Shown here piece by piece: positions 1 through 12,453 of a DNA stretch of 64,000 bases (positions within the stretch are counted from its first letter, which is position 1; each line of letters starts with the position of its first letter). Location: the NCBI GenBank assembly GCA_002104945.1, contig MCFH01000056.1:124001-188000 (forward strand), written 5' to 3'. The notes below the pieces were generated by a model. It did not search any database and was not told where the DNA came from. It saw only the letters and a program-made list of their open reading frames with translations. Position numbers and translations under genes: made by a program. This DNA is from Piromyces finnis finn. Its lineage: Eukaryota > Fungi > Neocallimastigomycota.

Positions 1-55
1 AGGTTAATACAAATATCGCAATTGCTAAAATTAATGAAACTGTTTCGTTGAACAT
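1..55 (-). CDS. 5' end of a probable host gene running off the window (MFNETVSLILAIAIFVLT...)
   Basis: ATG at 55-53 on the minus strand after an AT-rich leader; open to the window edge; hydrophobic N-terminus like a signal/anchor. Only 18 codons visible. Confidence 0.45.
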   Translation of the reverse strand, partial: MFNETVSLILAIAIFVLT

Positions 56-2513
56 TTTTATTGTTTTTTTTTTTTTTTTTTTTACTTTTTAAAAACTATA
101 TATAATTTTTTTTGATGATATATATTATTTTTTGACTATATAATTTTTTTTTGATTTCAGAGTGACTGACAAATTTAGGTATATTACACTAAAATTACTA
201 AATTGTTTATACTATATTTTTTTTTAAAATTACTATATAAGATTCGTTTGGTTGGTTCTTTTAACCTAGTTTTTTTTTATCTTTTCTTTAAGCGTGTTTT
301 TTTTTTATATTCACAAATTGAATTATTTTTTGTTGTTGTTGTTATTTTTATTAAAATTGTTTTTTTTTTAATAATCTAATTATTATTATTTTTTGATTTT
401 GATTTGGGATTGATTGAAATTGGGTTGTTGTTTTTTTTTTTTGTAAATAATTATTACAAAAAAAAAAATTTTTTTAATTATAATTAGACTTTTTTTTTTA
501 AAAATGATGTCAATTTTTTAAAAAATTGAAAATTTTATGCTTCTTTTATACTAAAAAAATTTTTATTTTAAAATTTTTGTTATCAAATATTATGAAATAT
601 TTTGATTGGTGGTGTAACTGCCATTATGAAATAAACAAAAAAAAATTTTAAAAATGTCAAAAAGTTAAAACTGCCATTTTGTCATTGCTATTGTGTGTGT
701 GTGTGTGAAAAGGGGATCGACACCTTTTATGTTGTTTTAAAAAGTTTATTTGAAACAAAAGAATCTTTCGATTTATCTAAAAAAAAAAAAGTTCAATGAT
801 GGATGATGCCATTTTTTAAGGAAGAATGAACCTTAAATGGAATTGATGGTGCAATAAATAAAAGAATAAAAAAAAAAAAAAACGCTAGACTATTTTATTA
901 ATTCATAAGTTGTAATCTCGTGTGGATTATGCCTATTTTGTCTATTTTGCCTTAGGAAACCTTTTTAAAAAAGGCCATCCTTTATCAATGTATACATTAT
1001 TGTATTAATGTATACAATTTAAAATTTAAAAATAACATCATTTTAATTAAAAATGGTGTCAATGTTTAGGCCTTGATTAAAACTATAAATATCATCCATA
1101 ATATATTATAATTGATTCTATTTATATTATTTCATTTATTATTTCATATATTCAATCTATTTTTTTTTACTTGAAAAAATGTTTATTTTTAAAAGAAAAA
1201 AATAAACAACATCCACTGCTTGCTGTCATCCATGCCATAGTCCTTTTCCACAAAAATAATTCGTCATTTTTTTTTTTTTTTTGCATCGGAGAATGAAAAC
1301 TTTATCATTCTTAAAAAATTTTATTCCTTTTTTTTATAAAAAAATTTTTCATTTTTTATGCCTTTTTTTGATAAAGCAAATGAATGGTGTCACATCATTA
1401 TCAACCTATGAGAAAAGCAATTAAAAACATGTTTCAGTTGTTAATAAAATAGTGTTGGATAGAATTTAATATATGGAATAATATATGATGTAATATAATA
1501 TAAATATAATTTAATATAAGAAGAAATTAATTATAAAATATTAATACTATATTATTAATAAATCATTTATATTGATTTATATTAATTTATATAGGGAATA
1601 AAAAATTAATAAATAAAATAAATGATATCATAAAAAAAAGTAATAAATAAAATTGGAATAAATTAATGAATAATAATTTATGAATAAATTAAATAATATA
1701 TGATGAAATAAATAAAATAAATGATAAAATTGACATTTGAAAAGTTTTTTTTTTTAATAAATAAAAAGATAAAATAAATAATTAAATCATAAAATATAAT
1801 AATAAAATATATAATAATAAATAAAATAATAATAAAATAAAATATAATTAAATTAAATCATAAAATAAAATATATTTATAATAAAATAAAATAGTTTATT
1901 AAAAAAAATCAATTTAAACTAAAATGTCAAACTTTTATTATGACTAATAATTAATAATAATTATTAATAATAAAATTTATTAGGAATAAAAAGAATTTTC
2001 TACCTAAAATTTAGCATATGAAAATTTTTATTAAAAAAAAAAAAAAAAAGTTTAAAGTGCATTTAAATATGCTTTTTTTTTTTATACTATTCTTTTTTGC
2101 GTTAAAAATTTAATTGGCATTTCATTATAAAAAAAACTTTATTTTATATAGAGATCAATTGGAAGGTCTTTTAAAAAAATTAAAAAAAAAAATATCATTT
2201 GTATAGGAAAGAATAGTAAAAGTATAAATCACAAAAAAAAAAAAAAAAAAGAATAAATTATGTTGCATTCTTTTTTTATTTTGTTTATCTATAATAATAA
2301 AATTTAAGATTTAAAAATGAATAAAATTACATTAAAAAAAAAAAGATTAATGAATTAATGATAAATAGTAATAGTATTATCAATAAAAAAAACTAGTGAA
2401 AACTAGTGTAGTATTAAATAATTTTTAGATTTTATTTTTTTTTTTTTAATAAAAAAAAAAAAAAGAATTGACATGATAAATGTCAAAAAATTGAATAGTC
2501 TTATTTCAACTTT

Positions 2514-5500
2514 TTATTTTTCAATATCGGATTCATTATCGGATTCATTTTCATCATCAATTGGACTATCTGTAATTTCAGGTAAAGATTCAACAGTAGT
2601 AATACTATTTGTTTTGGTAACTGTTATGGTTTTTGTTGTATGAGCAGTGGTGTTGGTAGATTTTGTCATATTAACTTTAGTAGTAGTTGGTGTGGTAGTG
2701 ATGGTAGTAATTGAAACAATAAAATCAAGATTATTATTATTATCGCACTTTCCATAGTCAGATTGACAACCCATACCACAGTAATCTTCTGATGTACCAC
2801 AGAAACCGTATCTTGAACAACAGGTACCTTCTGGACAAATTTTTCCTACATCCATACCACAGGATCCATCAGTAGAAATTGAAAGTTTAGAGGGAACAAT
2901 AGTATCCATAGCATCACACTTTCCATAGTCGGATTGACAACCCATACCACAGTAATCTTTTGATGTACCACAGAAACCGTATCTTGAACAACAGGTACCT
3001 TCTGGACAAATTTTTCCTACATCCATACCACAGGATCCATCAGTAGAAATTGAAAGTTCAGTTGGAATGACATTGAGTTTGGTAGTGGTGGTAGTTGGTT
3101 TGATAGAAGTAATATTAGAATTGACTTTAGTAGAGGTTAAACTAGCTTTAGTCGTTGTAGGTTTTGGTTTAGCAGTCATAGTGGCTGTTGGTTTAGTAGC
3201 AATAGTAGTGGTAGTGATGGCAGTTGGTTTAGTAGATGTTGTGATAGTGGTAGTGATGGTAGTTGGTTTAGTAGATGTTGTGGTAGTGGTAGTAATAGTA
3301 GTTGGTTTAGTAGATGTTGTGGTAGTGGTAGTAATAGTAGTTGGTTTAGTAGATGTTGTGGTAGTGGTAGTAATAGTAGTTGGTTTAGTAGATGTTGTGG
3401 TAGTGGTAGTAATAGTAGTTGGTTTAGTAGATGTTGTGGTAGTGGTAGTAATAGTAGTTGGTTTAGTAGATGTTGTGGTAGTGGTAGTAATAGTAGTTGG
3501 TTTAGTAGATGTTGTGGTAGTGGTAGTAATAGTAGTTGGTTTAGTAGATGTTGTGGTAGTGGTAGTAATAGTAGTTGGTTTAGTAGATGTTGTGGTAGTG
3601 GTAGATATTATAGTGGATTTTGTAAGAGTTTCTTTAGCAGTGTCGGTTGAACATCTTTATGATATATATATGTAAAATTGAATGGGATAAAGTATTAGTT
3701 TGAAATATAAATTTTATTAATTATATATGTATTTTTATAAATAAAAAAATTTTTTTTTTTAGATGAATAAATTTACCCTAAATATTGATTAATTGCACTT
3801 AAAATTTCAAAATCATCCGAATCATTTTCTAATTCCCATAACATGGTTCCGGAAAGTTGATGCTGAAGAACATATTCCATTTTATATTTTATCGTTTCGG
3901 GATCATCATAGGTAATAATTTGTCTTGTTGCTTTATTGTATAAATAGGCACCTTTCACTGAATCATCCCAAAAACGAGTCCAATCTCCTGAGGCTTTTGT
4001 AGCACTAGTTTTTAAGATGTCCTTACGAATATTCTTATATTTCCAATTTCCTGAATAACTATTTTCAACAACACCACAATAATTTGTCCATGGTTCATTA
4101 CTATCTTCTTGATCTCCTTTAGGATTATCCACTTCATGAGGTTGGTATAACCCATTGTTATCAGATGAAGTAGCTATCCAACTTCTACATGTTTTTTTTT
4201 TTTTTTTTTTTTGAATATCCACAGCCATAATTAATATAATAAAGTAAATTATATAGAATAATAAAAAAGATATATATTATAATAAAATAAATTGTATAGA
4301 ATAACAAAGAAAGATATATATAATAAAAGTAAAAAAAAAATATATATATATATATAATAAAAAAAATACATAATAATGAAATATAGATAAATAGATTGAT
4401 ATAATTCAATATATAATATAATATAATATACAACAATATAAAATGTATTTGTTAGTTACAGTTGATTTAAAAAATAAGGGTTAATCATCCTATTGATATA
4501 ATTGTATTTATATATACTATGATTTAACAAAGAAAAAAAAAATTAATCAACTTACTTTCCAAAGGATGGAATACCAACAACAATTTTTTCTACTGGGAAT
4601 TTTGAATCTATCCAATGTTGTACACCAGATGAAAGAGATTCAATTTCACCACCTTTTGGATTAAATAATCCAGAATGATGAGAAGTTACAGAAGAAAAGC
4701 TACCATTTATCTAAAAAAAAAAAGGGGGAAAGGGGTAAATAATTATAATAATATCATGATTTATAATTGAGGAATAAAATCAATTAATAAATATATATAT
4801 ATATATTTCTTTTTTTTTTTTTTTTAACTTATTTACATCATAGCCCATAATATTAATGAAATCAAAATAGTTGGCATAATCAGAAAGATCCGATACTACT
4901 TGTCCATTTTTTTCAAATGGAATAATACTAACAGCAGCAGTAATAAGACTTGTTGATCCAAGTTTTTCACGTAAAACTTTTAAAAGTGTCAAATAATTAT
5001 CGGTATCATTAGCAAGGCTTGGACTGTACCATCATCATTCATCAAAGTTTTTTTTTTTTTTTTTTTTTTTAAAAAAAAGGCATTATTTCAATTTAATTAT
5101 AGTTAATAAAAGTTGATAGGTAATCATTGTAATGGTTTGTAATAATAATAGTTTGTAATAATAAAAGTTGATAGGTAATCATTGTAATGGTTTGTAATAA
5201 TAATAGTTTGTAATAATAAAAGTTGATAGGTAATCATTGTAATGGTTTGTAATAATAATAGTTTGTAATAATAAAAGTTGATAGGTAATCATTGTAATGG
5301 TTTGTAATAATAATAGTTTGTAATAATAAAAGTTGATAGGTAATCATTGTAATGGTTTGTAATAATAATAGTTTGTAATAATAAAAGTTGATAGGTAATC
5401 ATTGTAATGGTTTGTAATAATAATAGTTTGTAATAATAAAAGTTGATAGGTAATCATTGTAATGGTTTGTAATAATAATAGTTTGTAATAATAAAAGTTA

Positions 5501-5524
5501 GTAATAGGAATAATTAATAATAAT

Positions 5525-5556
<32 letters not shown>

Positions 5557-5924
5557 GTATACTATTATTTTTTTTATGTTTTATTTCATTAGTAAGAGTT
5601 ATGTACATACCTATTACATGCACCTTCTCTACCTGGATATTCCCAATCAATATCAATACCATCCAAATTATAGGTGTCTATAAGATTTTTACAACTTTTT
5701 GCAAATTTTTCTATATGTTGTGTGGATGATGTCATGGCGGTAAAATAACGACTACCATACCAACCACCAATGGACATTAAAACTTTAACTTCTTGTTGAT
5801 GAGCAGCTTTTACTACTTCATTTAATAAGGAACCATCATAACCTGTAACTTCATAAGAATTTGGATCAATTAATCCAAAGGCTTGATAAATGAAAAATAG
5901 GCACATATACACATATACATACAC

Positions 5925-5955
<31 letters not shown>

Positions 5956-6287
5956 CATTTTTTTTAAAAAAAAAAAAGTAAATAAATAAATTAGTATTTT
6001 ATCATTAAAAAAAAAAAAAAAAGCTGATATTTTATTAGAAATATATATATAGATTTATTCTTAATATATAAAGAAATTTTTTATTTTATTTTATTTTTAC
6101 CATAGTTAATATGAGTTACTTTGGACAAGTCAACTTTACTTATGGGATAATTGGAATATCTCCATTCACTAAAATAGGCAACAATTTTCTTTTTTGAATG
6201 AATACAACTATTCTTTTTTGAGGTATCAAAACCAAAAGTAAAACTTATTAAATATATAAATAAGTTTAATAAATAAAAATATTTCAT
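2514..6287 (-). CDS. Secreted GH18 chitinase with Thr-rich linker and two CBM18 domains; exons 6287-6101, 5881-5611, 5023-4837, 4710-4556, 4184-3777, 3654-2514 (~782 aa)
   Basis: Signal peptide [19 protein letters not shown]; GH18 motifs [42 protein letters not shown]. All five introns are GT..AG with consistent phases; exon lengths sum to 2349 nt = 783 codons. Two hevein-like repeats CG...[29 protein letters not shown]. Confidence 0.93.
2745..3056 (-). repeat. Tandem duplication (171-bp period) encoding the two CBM18 chitin-binding modules
   Basis: Near-identical blocks begin at 2745 and 2916; 8-Cys hevein pattern in ORF 2514..3179. Confidence 0.9.
3190..3605 (-). repeat. 39-bp coding minisatellite (about 9 near-identical plus 2 diverged units) encoding a Thr-rich linker ([13 protein letters not shown])
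   Basis: Unit gtagatgttgtggtagtggtagtaatagtagttggttta repeated in frame within exon 6. Confidence 0.92.
5106..5499. repeat. 55-bp intronic minisatellite, about 7 copies
   Basis: agttgatagg recurs at 5111, 5166, 5221, 5276, 5331, 5386, 5441; lies in chitinase intron 2, next to a (GATA)n tract at ~5525-5557. Confidence 0.95.
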
Positions 6288-6787
6288 TCTTTTTTTTTTT
6301 TTTTTATAAAATATTTCGTAAAGTTTAAAAATCGTTTAATATTAATAATAATCTAAAATATTTTTTTTAGTAAAAAAATAAAAACAAAATAAAAATATAT
6401 TTTTATTGAAAAAAAGAATATATTTATAGTTTATTTCTAAAAAATAAAAGAAAATAAAAATTGACTTTTTTTTTTTGCTTTTTATATAGAATAATTTTTT
6501 AATTGAAATAAATTATATAAAATTATTATTTTAATTGTTTCATATTAACATAAAAACTTTTTTTTTTTTTTTTTGTATGATTCATCCTTAATAAAATGTA
6601 TATTTTTTACTCTTCAACATAACATAATAATGAAAACTTTTTTTTTTTTTTTTAATTAAATTAATTTAATATAAAATTTTTATGAATACTTGTGTGGCTA
6701 TTTTTCAATATTCTAATTTAAAAAAGAAAATAAAAACTCTCCATTTTTAAATAAACTTTATTAAAAATATTATTACTATTACTACTC

Positions 6788-7100
<313 letters not shown>

Positions 7101-8176
7101 ATTTATTTATTTATTTTTCCAAAAAAGGATAAAATTAAATTTTATTTAAAAACTTTTAAAAAAAAGATATTAATATATAAATTAAAAAAAAAAGTTTAAA
7201 AAAAAGTATTATTATAAAAATATTAATTTGTTTTTTTTTTTTTAATATTTTATAAAGTTTTTATAATATGATAATGTAGATAATGTAATAAGGTAAAAAT
7301 AAAAAAGATTATGAATATTTTAAATATTTTGGTTATTCCAAAAAAAAAAAAAATAATCAGTGATCTTTACAAAAAAAAATCTAAAAGAAAAAAAAAATTA
7401 ATGGGCATATATATATGTATATATATATATAATAATAATAGTGTAATAGTGAAAAAAATATTTAATTCATTAGTCAATCATTTCTATTTGTAATTTGAAT
7501 CAAAAGTTAATAGTTATTGAAATAAAAAAAAAAAAAAAGGAAGGATTTACAAAAAATTGTAGGAATAATAGCTAAAAATAAAAAATAGAAATAATAAAAT
7601 TAAAAAAATATTTATAACATTTAATTTTGTACAAAAGTTTTTATTTCTATAGTGTAATAAAATAATTTTTAAAATCTCAAAAATCATTATATTTTTATTA
7701 CTTTTTTTTTTATAATAAATTCAACATTTTTATTATTATTATTTATTTATATAAAAACCATTACACTATACTATAAAAATATATAAATTTTCAAAGTAAA
7801 ATTAATCTAAATATTTCAAAATATTTTTTTTTTAATTAAAGTACATTGAATATTGAATATAGTCTTTATCTTACAGATATATTAATTTTAATAGGAATAC
7901 TACTTAAATTATAATAGATTTCCTATTAAAATAAATAATTTTTTTTTTTTTTTTTTTTTAAAAAAAAACTACATTAATTAAAATTAATATAATATTAAAT
8001 ACTTGATATTTTATTATTGTCAATAATAAATTGATCTTTATATATCACTCACAACCCACTTCATGAATATCACTGCTATGAAATAAAATCACACAACACC
8101 TACCTTCGGTAGGTGTAACAACAGTTGTGTTTTATTTTCAAGGTATGGATTTCATTCATAAAAAATAATTTTATTC

Positions 8177-8181
8177 AAAAA
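8177..8181 (-). terminator. Pol III oligo-T terminator of tRNA-Asn
   Basis: TTTTT directly after the discriminator base on the minus strand. Confidence 0.75.
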
Positions 8182-8255
8182 CGCTCCTAGGTGGGCTTGA
8201 ACCACCAACCTCTCGGTTAACAGCCGAACGCGCTAGCCAATTGCGCCATAAGAGC
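8182..8255 (-). tRNA. tRNA-Asn: tRNA-Asn(GTT)
   Basis: GCTCTTA TG GCGC AATTGGCTA GCGC G TTCGG CTGTTAA CCGAG AGGTT GGTGG TTCAAGC CCACC TAGGAGC G: full cloverleaf, anticodon GTT, intronless. Confidence 0.97.
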
Positions 8256-8269
8256 TTCAATTAATAATT

Positions 8270-8674
8270 TGATACGAAGAAAAATATTATCTTAATTCTA
8301 TAAATGAATATAGAAAGTGATAATATTTGTATCTAAAAAATAATATTTAATAAATAAAATTTAAAGAAAATAAAAATAAATGATTTTTATACTTGTTCAT
8401 TTTCAAGTATTAGTTAGTTTTATAAAATATAGTTTATTTAATTATAAATTTTGATATTTAATAACTCTAGTATTATTAAATATATATTTTATTATTAATA
8501 CATCTCGGTATGTATGTGAATATAATTATAAGTATTATTTTAATAAATTTAATATTATTATCTAATTTTTCTGGATTATTAGGAACAATTTTAAAATAAA
8601 ATGATTCTATCACTATTTATACAAAATTATTATTTTAAAGTATAATTATAAACAAATATAAGCTATTTAATTTA

Positions 8675-8705
<31 letters not shown>

Positions 8706-8832
8706 TTTACATTTATAATTTTTAATTTAATAATTTTATACAAGTTAATTATTTTAATTTTTAACTATCTGTGTTTTAATATTATTATTATTATTATTAT
8801 AAATTATGAATTTATAATAATAATAATTGTCA
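8270..8832. mobile_element. Old LTR-like element (family J, copy 1)
   Basis: Starts TGATAC and ends TTGTCA; homologous along its length to an inverted copy ending at 10661, with similarity starting exactly at the TG. No TSD recognisable. Confidence 0.55.
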
Positions 8833-10029
8833 AGAATAGAAGACGATTAAAAAATAAATTAAATGTTCAAATAAACAACTTAAAAATCAAATTTATATTT
8901 CAAAAAGTATAAAACACTTTTAAAAATAATTAAAAAGATCACTTGGAAAAATTTAATATTGAAAAGGGTTAAGGATCACAAAAATTTAATTTTCAATAAA
9001 TTAACCCTTGAGAAGAAAATGCACTATACGAAACTAGCGATAACTTCTGAATCTCGTGTCCTATTTTCCTTTTCTAGAGACTTCAAATTAATTTTATTAG
9101 AAAGTACTAGTCGAGATCTATATTCTCACAAACTTTCAGCTAATTTAGACCACTAGTTCTTGATATATAGCTATTTAAAGAATTAATTAGTTCCAATAAA
9201 TATATAATAATATATATTAAAATGATTAATATTAATTTACATAATTAAAGTCATTATTCAAGTCATCCAACTTTCTATAAATAATTCAATTTAAAAATTC
9301 TCCATTATTATTAAATAAGGTTAGATAATAAATATTCTTGATTATAAACCTAATCAATTATAAAAATTAATTAATAATTTTTCAAATAATTTTGATTAAT
9401 AACCTCAATCATAATCAAACCAAAAAGCCTTTGGATCAAAAATCATTAATTATAATTATTAATTAATTGATCATGAGAATATATAATTAGTATCAGTAAT
9501 TGTTATTCTCAATTTATAATATTAAATATTTACAATTTAAAATGGTTAAGCAATACTTTTATTTTAAAAGTAATTTAAAAGATTAATCTTAAGATCTATC
9601 ATATGAATTCATATTATTAATATCAATATCAATTATTAATATTTTAATTATTTTATTTTTTTCTTTATTATTAATATCAATATTAATATCAATGTAATTT
9701 TATTATATGTAAGAAAAAAGTATTTAAACAAAGAATTGAAATCAATTTTGAAATTCTTTGTAAGATTATTAATTATTAATTATTAACTATAATATAACTT
9801 AATAAATATTATCTTAATAAATAAATAATTAATAAACAAATTTCATAATTAAATTATATTAAAATTTTTATTATAAAAACCTATTTAATTTCTAAATTAG
9901 TATCATTTAAATTCTTTAATAAGTTTTGAAGAAAAGATTTAATAATAAATAAGTTTAATATTTCATTAGTAAATTAAGTTATATTATATAAAACATTCTG
10001 ACCAAGTTACATATCAATCCTAGCCCACT

Positions 10030-10033
10030 TTAC

Positions 10034-10091
<58 letters not shown>

Positions 10092-10165
10092 TTAAAACAC
10101 AGATAGTTAAAAATTAAAATAATTAACATGTATAAAATTATTAAATTAAAAATTATAAATGTAAA

Positions 10166-10196
<31 letters not shown>

Positions 10197-10661
10197 TAAA
10201 TTAAATAGTTTATATTTGTTTATAATTATACTTAAATAATAATTTTGTATAAATAGTGATAGAATTACTTTATTTTAAAAGATGTTCCTAATAATCCATA
10301 AAAATTAGATATAGTTATATTAAATTTATATATTATGGTTACTAATTATCCAAGAGAGAAAAATTAGATATTTATACTTAATAAAACAATATTTATTTTA
10401 CAACATTTATAATACATACTAGATGTATTAAATTTTAATTATTTAATAATACTAGAGTTATTAAATAATATGATAATATAATAATTTTATAATTAAATAA
10501 AATAACATTTTATATTAAAAACTAACACTTGCAAATGAACAAGTATAAAAATCATTTATTCTATTTTTATTTTCCTTATTTTTATTTATAAATTTTTAGA
10601 TACAGATATTATCACTTTCTATAGTAAAATATAGAATTAAGATAATATCCTCTTCGTATCA
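10030..10661. mobile_element. Old LTR-like element (family J, copy 2, inverted)
   Basis: Reverse complement of 8270-8800 (e.g. gatacgaag..tattatcttaattctat; aaaagtttacatttataattttt); left end runs into an (AAT)n tract and is uncertain. Confidence 0.55.
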
Positions 10662-10980
10662 TTTTGATAAAGAATGAAATTTATAAATAATGAATTAATA
10701 GAATAGCTGATTTTATGTCAGGAGTTAGAGTGGATTTAGAACTATAATTAAGTCTACTAGGTTAGGATAGGCTTAATTATATAGTAAATAATAAATTTTT
10801 ATAAATATAAGAGTAATAAATATAGTTTTTTATGAAATATTTTATTTAATTTTTATAATATAAATAAATGATAATTATTAATTTTAAATAAAAATGAGTA
10901 TAATAATCTCACAAAGAACTTCTTAAAGTTGTTCTTTGTTCAACTTATTTATACTTTCATTTTTAATATAATATAGATAT

Positions 10981-11325
<345 letters not shown>

Positions 11326-12057
11326 TATAATTTTCTTTAAATATCGATATTAATAAGTTGTTAAAAATAATATTAATAATTATTTAAATGAATCTTATTT
11401 TACTAATTGGTTTGTTAATATTAATTAATTGTTACACTATTTATCTCCGGATAATAAATAGCTTCCCAATTAATATTTATATTAAATAAACTATTATTAG
11501 TAAAATACTATTAAATTAATATTTTAATTAATTTAACTAATAATTCAAAATTATGAAATTTCATGAATTGTGATTTTGACATTTTAAAATTATATAAACT
11601 TAATATAAATTAAAATAATAGTAAATAATCAAAATAATATAAAATAGCCAGGAAAATTAGAATATTTTAAAATTATAATAAATTAATATATATTTTTTTT
11701 TATAATACATAGCAAGATGTATTATACATTTATTTTAAATAAATAAACTAATATTATAAAACAAGATGTGTTTTTAAAACTTTAAATTATGTTTAATAAT
11801 TATATAAACTTGTAGAATGAGCAAGTAAAAATAATTCATTCAATTACACACAAATATACCACTTTCTAAGCTTATTTAGAATTAAGGTATATTTGAACGT
11901 GTGTCATTTTAATAAATAATGAAATTAATAAATATAAAATTATTATTAAACCTGATTTTTATGTCACGAATACTAGTGAAATCTACAATTTCAAGATCAC
12001 TTGAAATTGTGAAATTACTTATAAAATTTCAAAATCAATAATATTTTATTTTCAAAT

Positions 12058-12329
12058 TGTGAACATTTATGGACACATAATTTTATTTATCTATATCATA
12101 TATTTATAAACACACGTGACTAAATTATAAAAACATAAACATGTATTAAAAGTGTTGTAAACGTAATGTCTACGTGTTGTAGAGATAGTTATTTTTTTAT
12201 TTATTTTATTTTATTTTCTATGGTCACATGACCTTACATCTCATTATATAACTGTAATATTTACAATGTAACTTTTTCTCTTTGTTAACCTTATTAATAA
12301 AATTATTTATTAATTAAATTTATTTCACA
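12058..12329 (+). mobile_element. Copia solo LTR (272 bp), inverted relative to the adjacent full-length copia
   Basis: TGTGAAC...TTTCACA; reverse complement of the copia 5' LTR (24045-24137 + 31830-32008); flanked by CAAAT at 12053-12057 and 12330-12334. Confidence 0.9.
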
Positions 12330-12453
12330 CAAATTGTGAAATAAATTTATAAAAACATGTTTATGTTTTTATAAATTAGTCACGTGTGTTTATAAATATA
12401 TGATATAGATAAATAAAATTATGTGTCCATAAATGTTCACACTCCCCCTCAAA

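Noticed and set aside
3067-3675. 202-aa Val-rich plus-strand ORF
   Set aside because: Antisense shadow of the Thr-rich chitinase linker repeat.
5106-5499. Regular repeat array as a possible CRISPR
   Set aside because: Head-to-tail identical units with no unique spacers, inside a eukaryotic intron, and no cas genes.
8959-9156. 65-aa ORF and AAGGGTTAA/TTAACCCTT motifs as a piggyBac-like element
   Set aside because: No transposase similarity and no correctly oriented partner end found.
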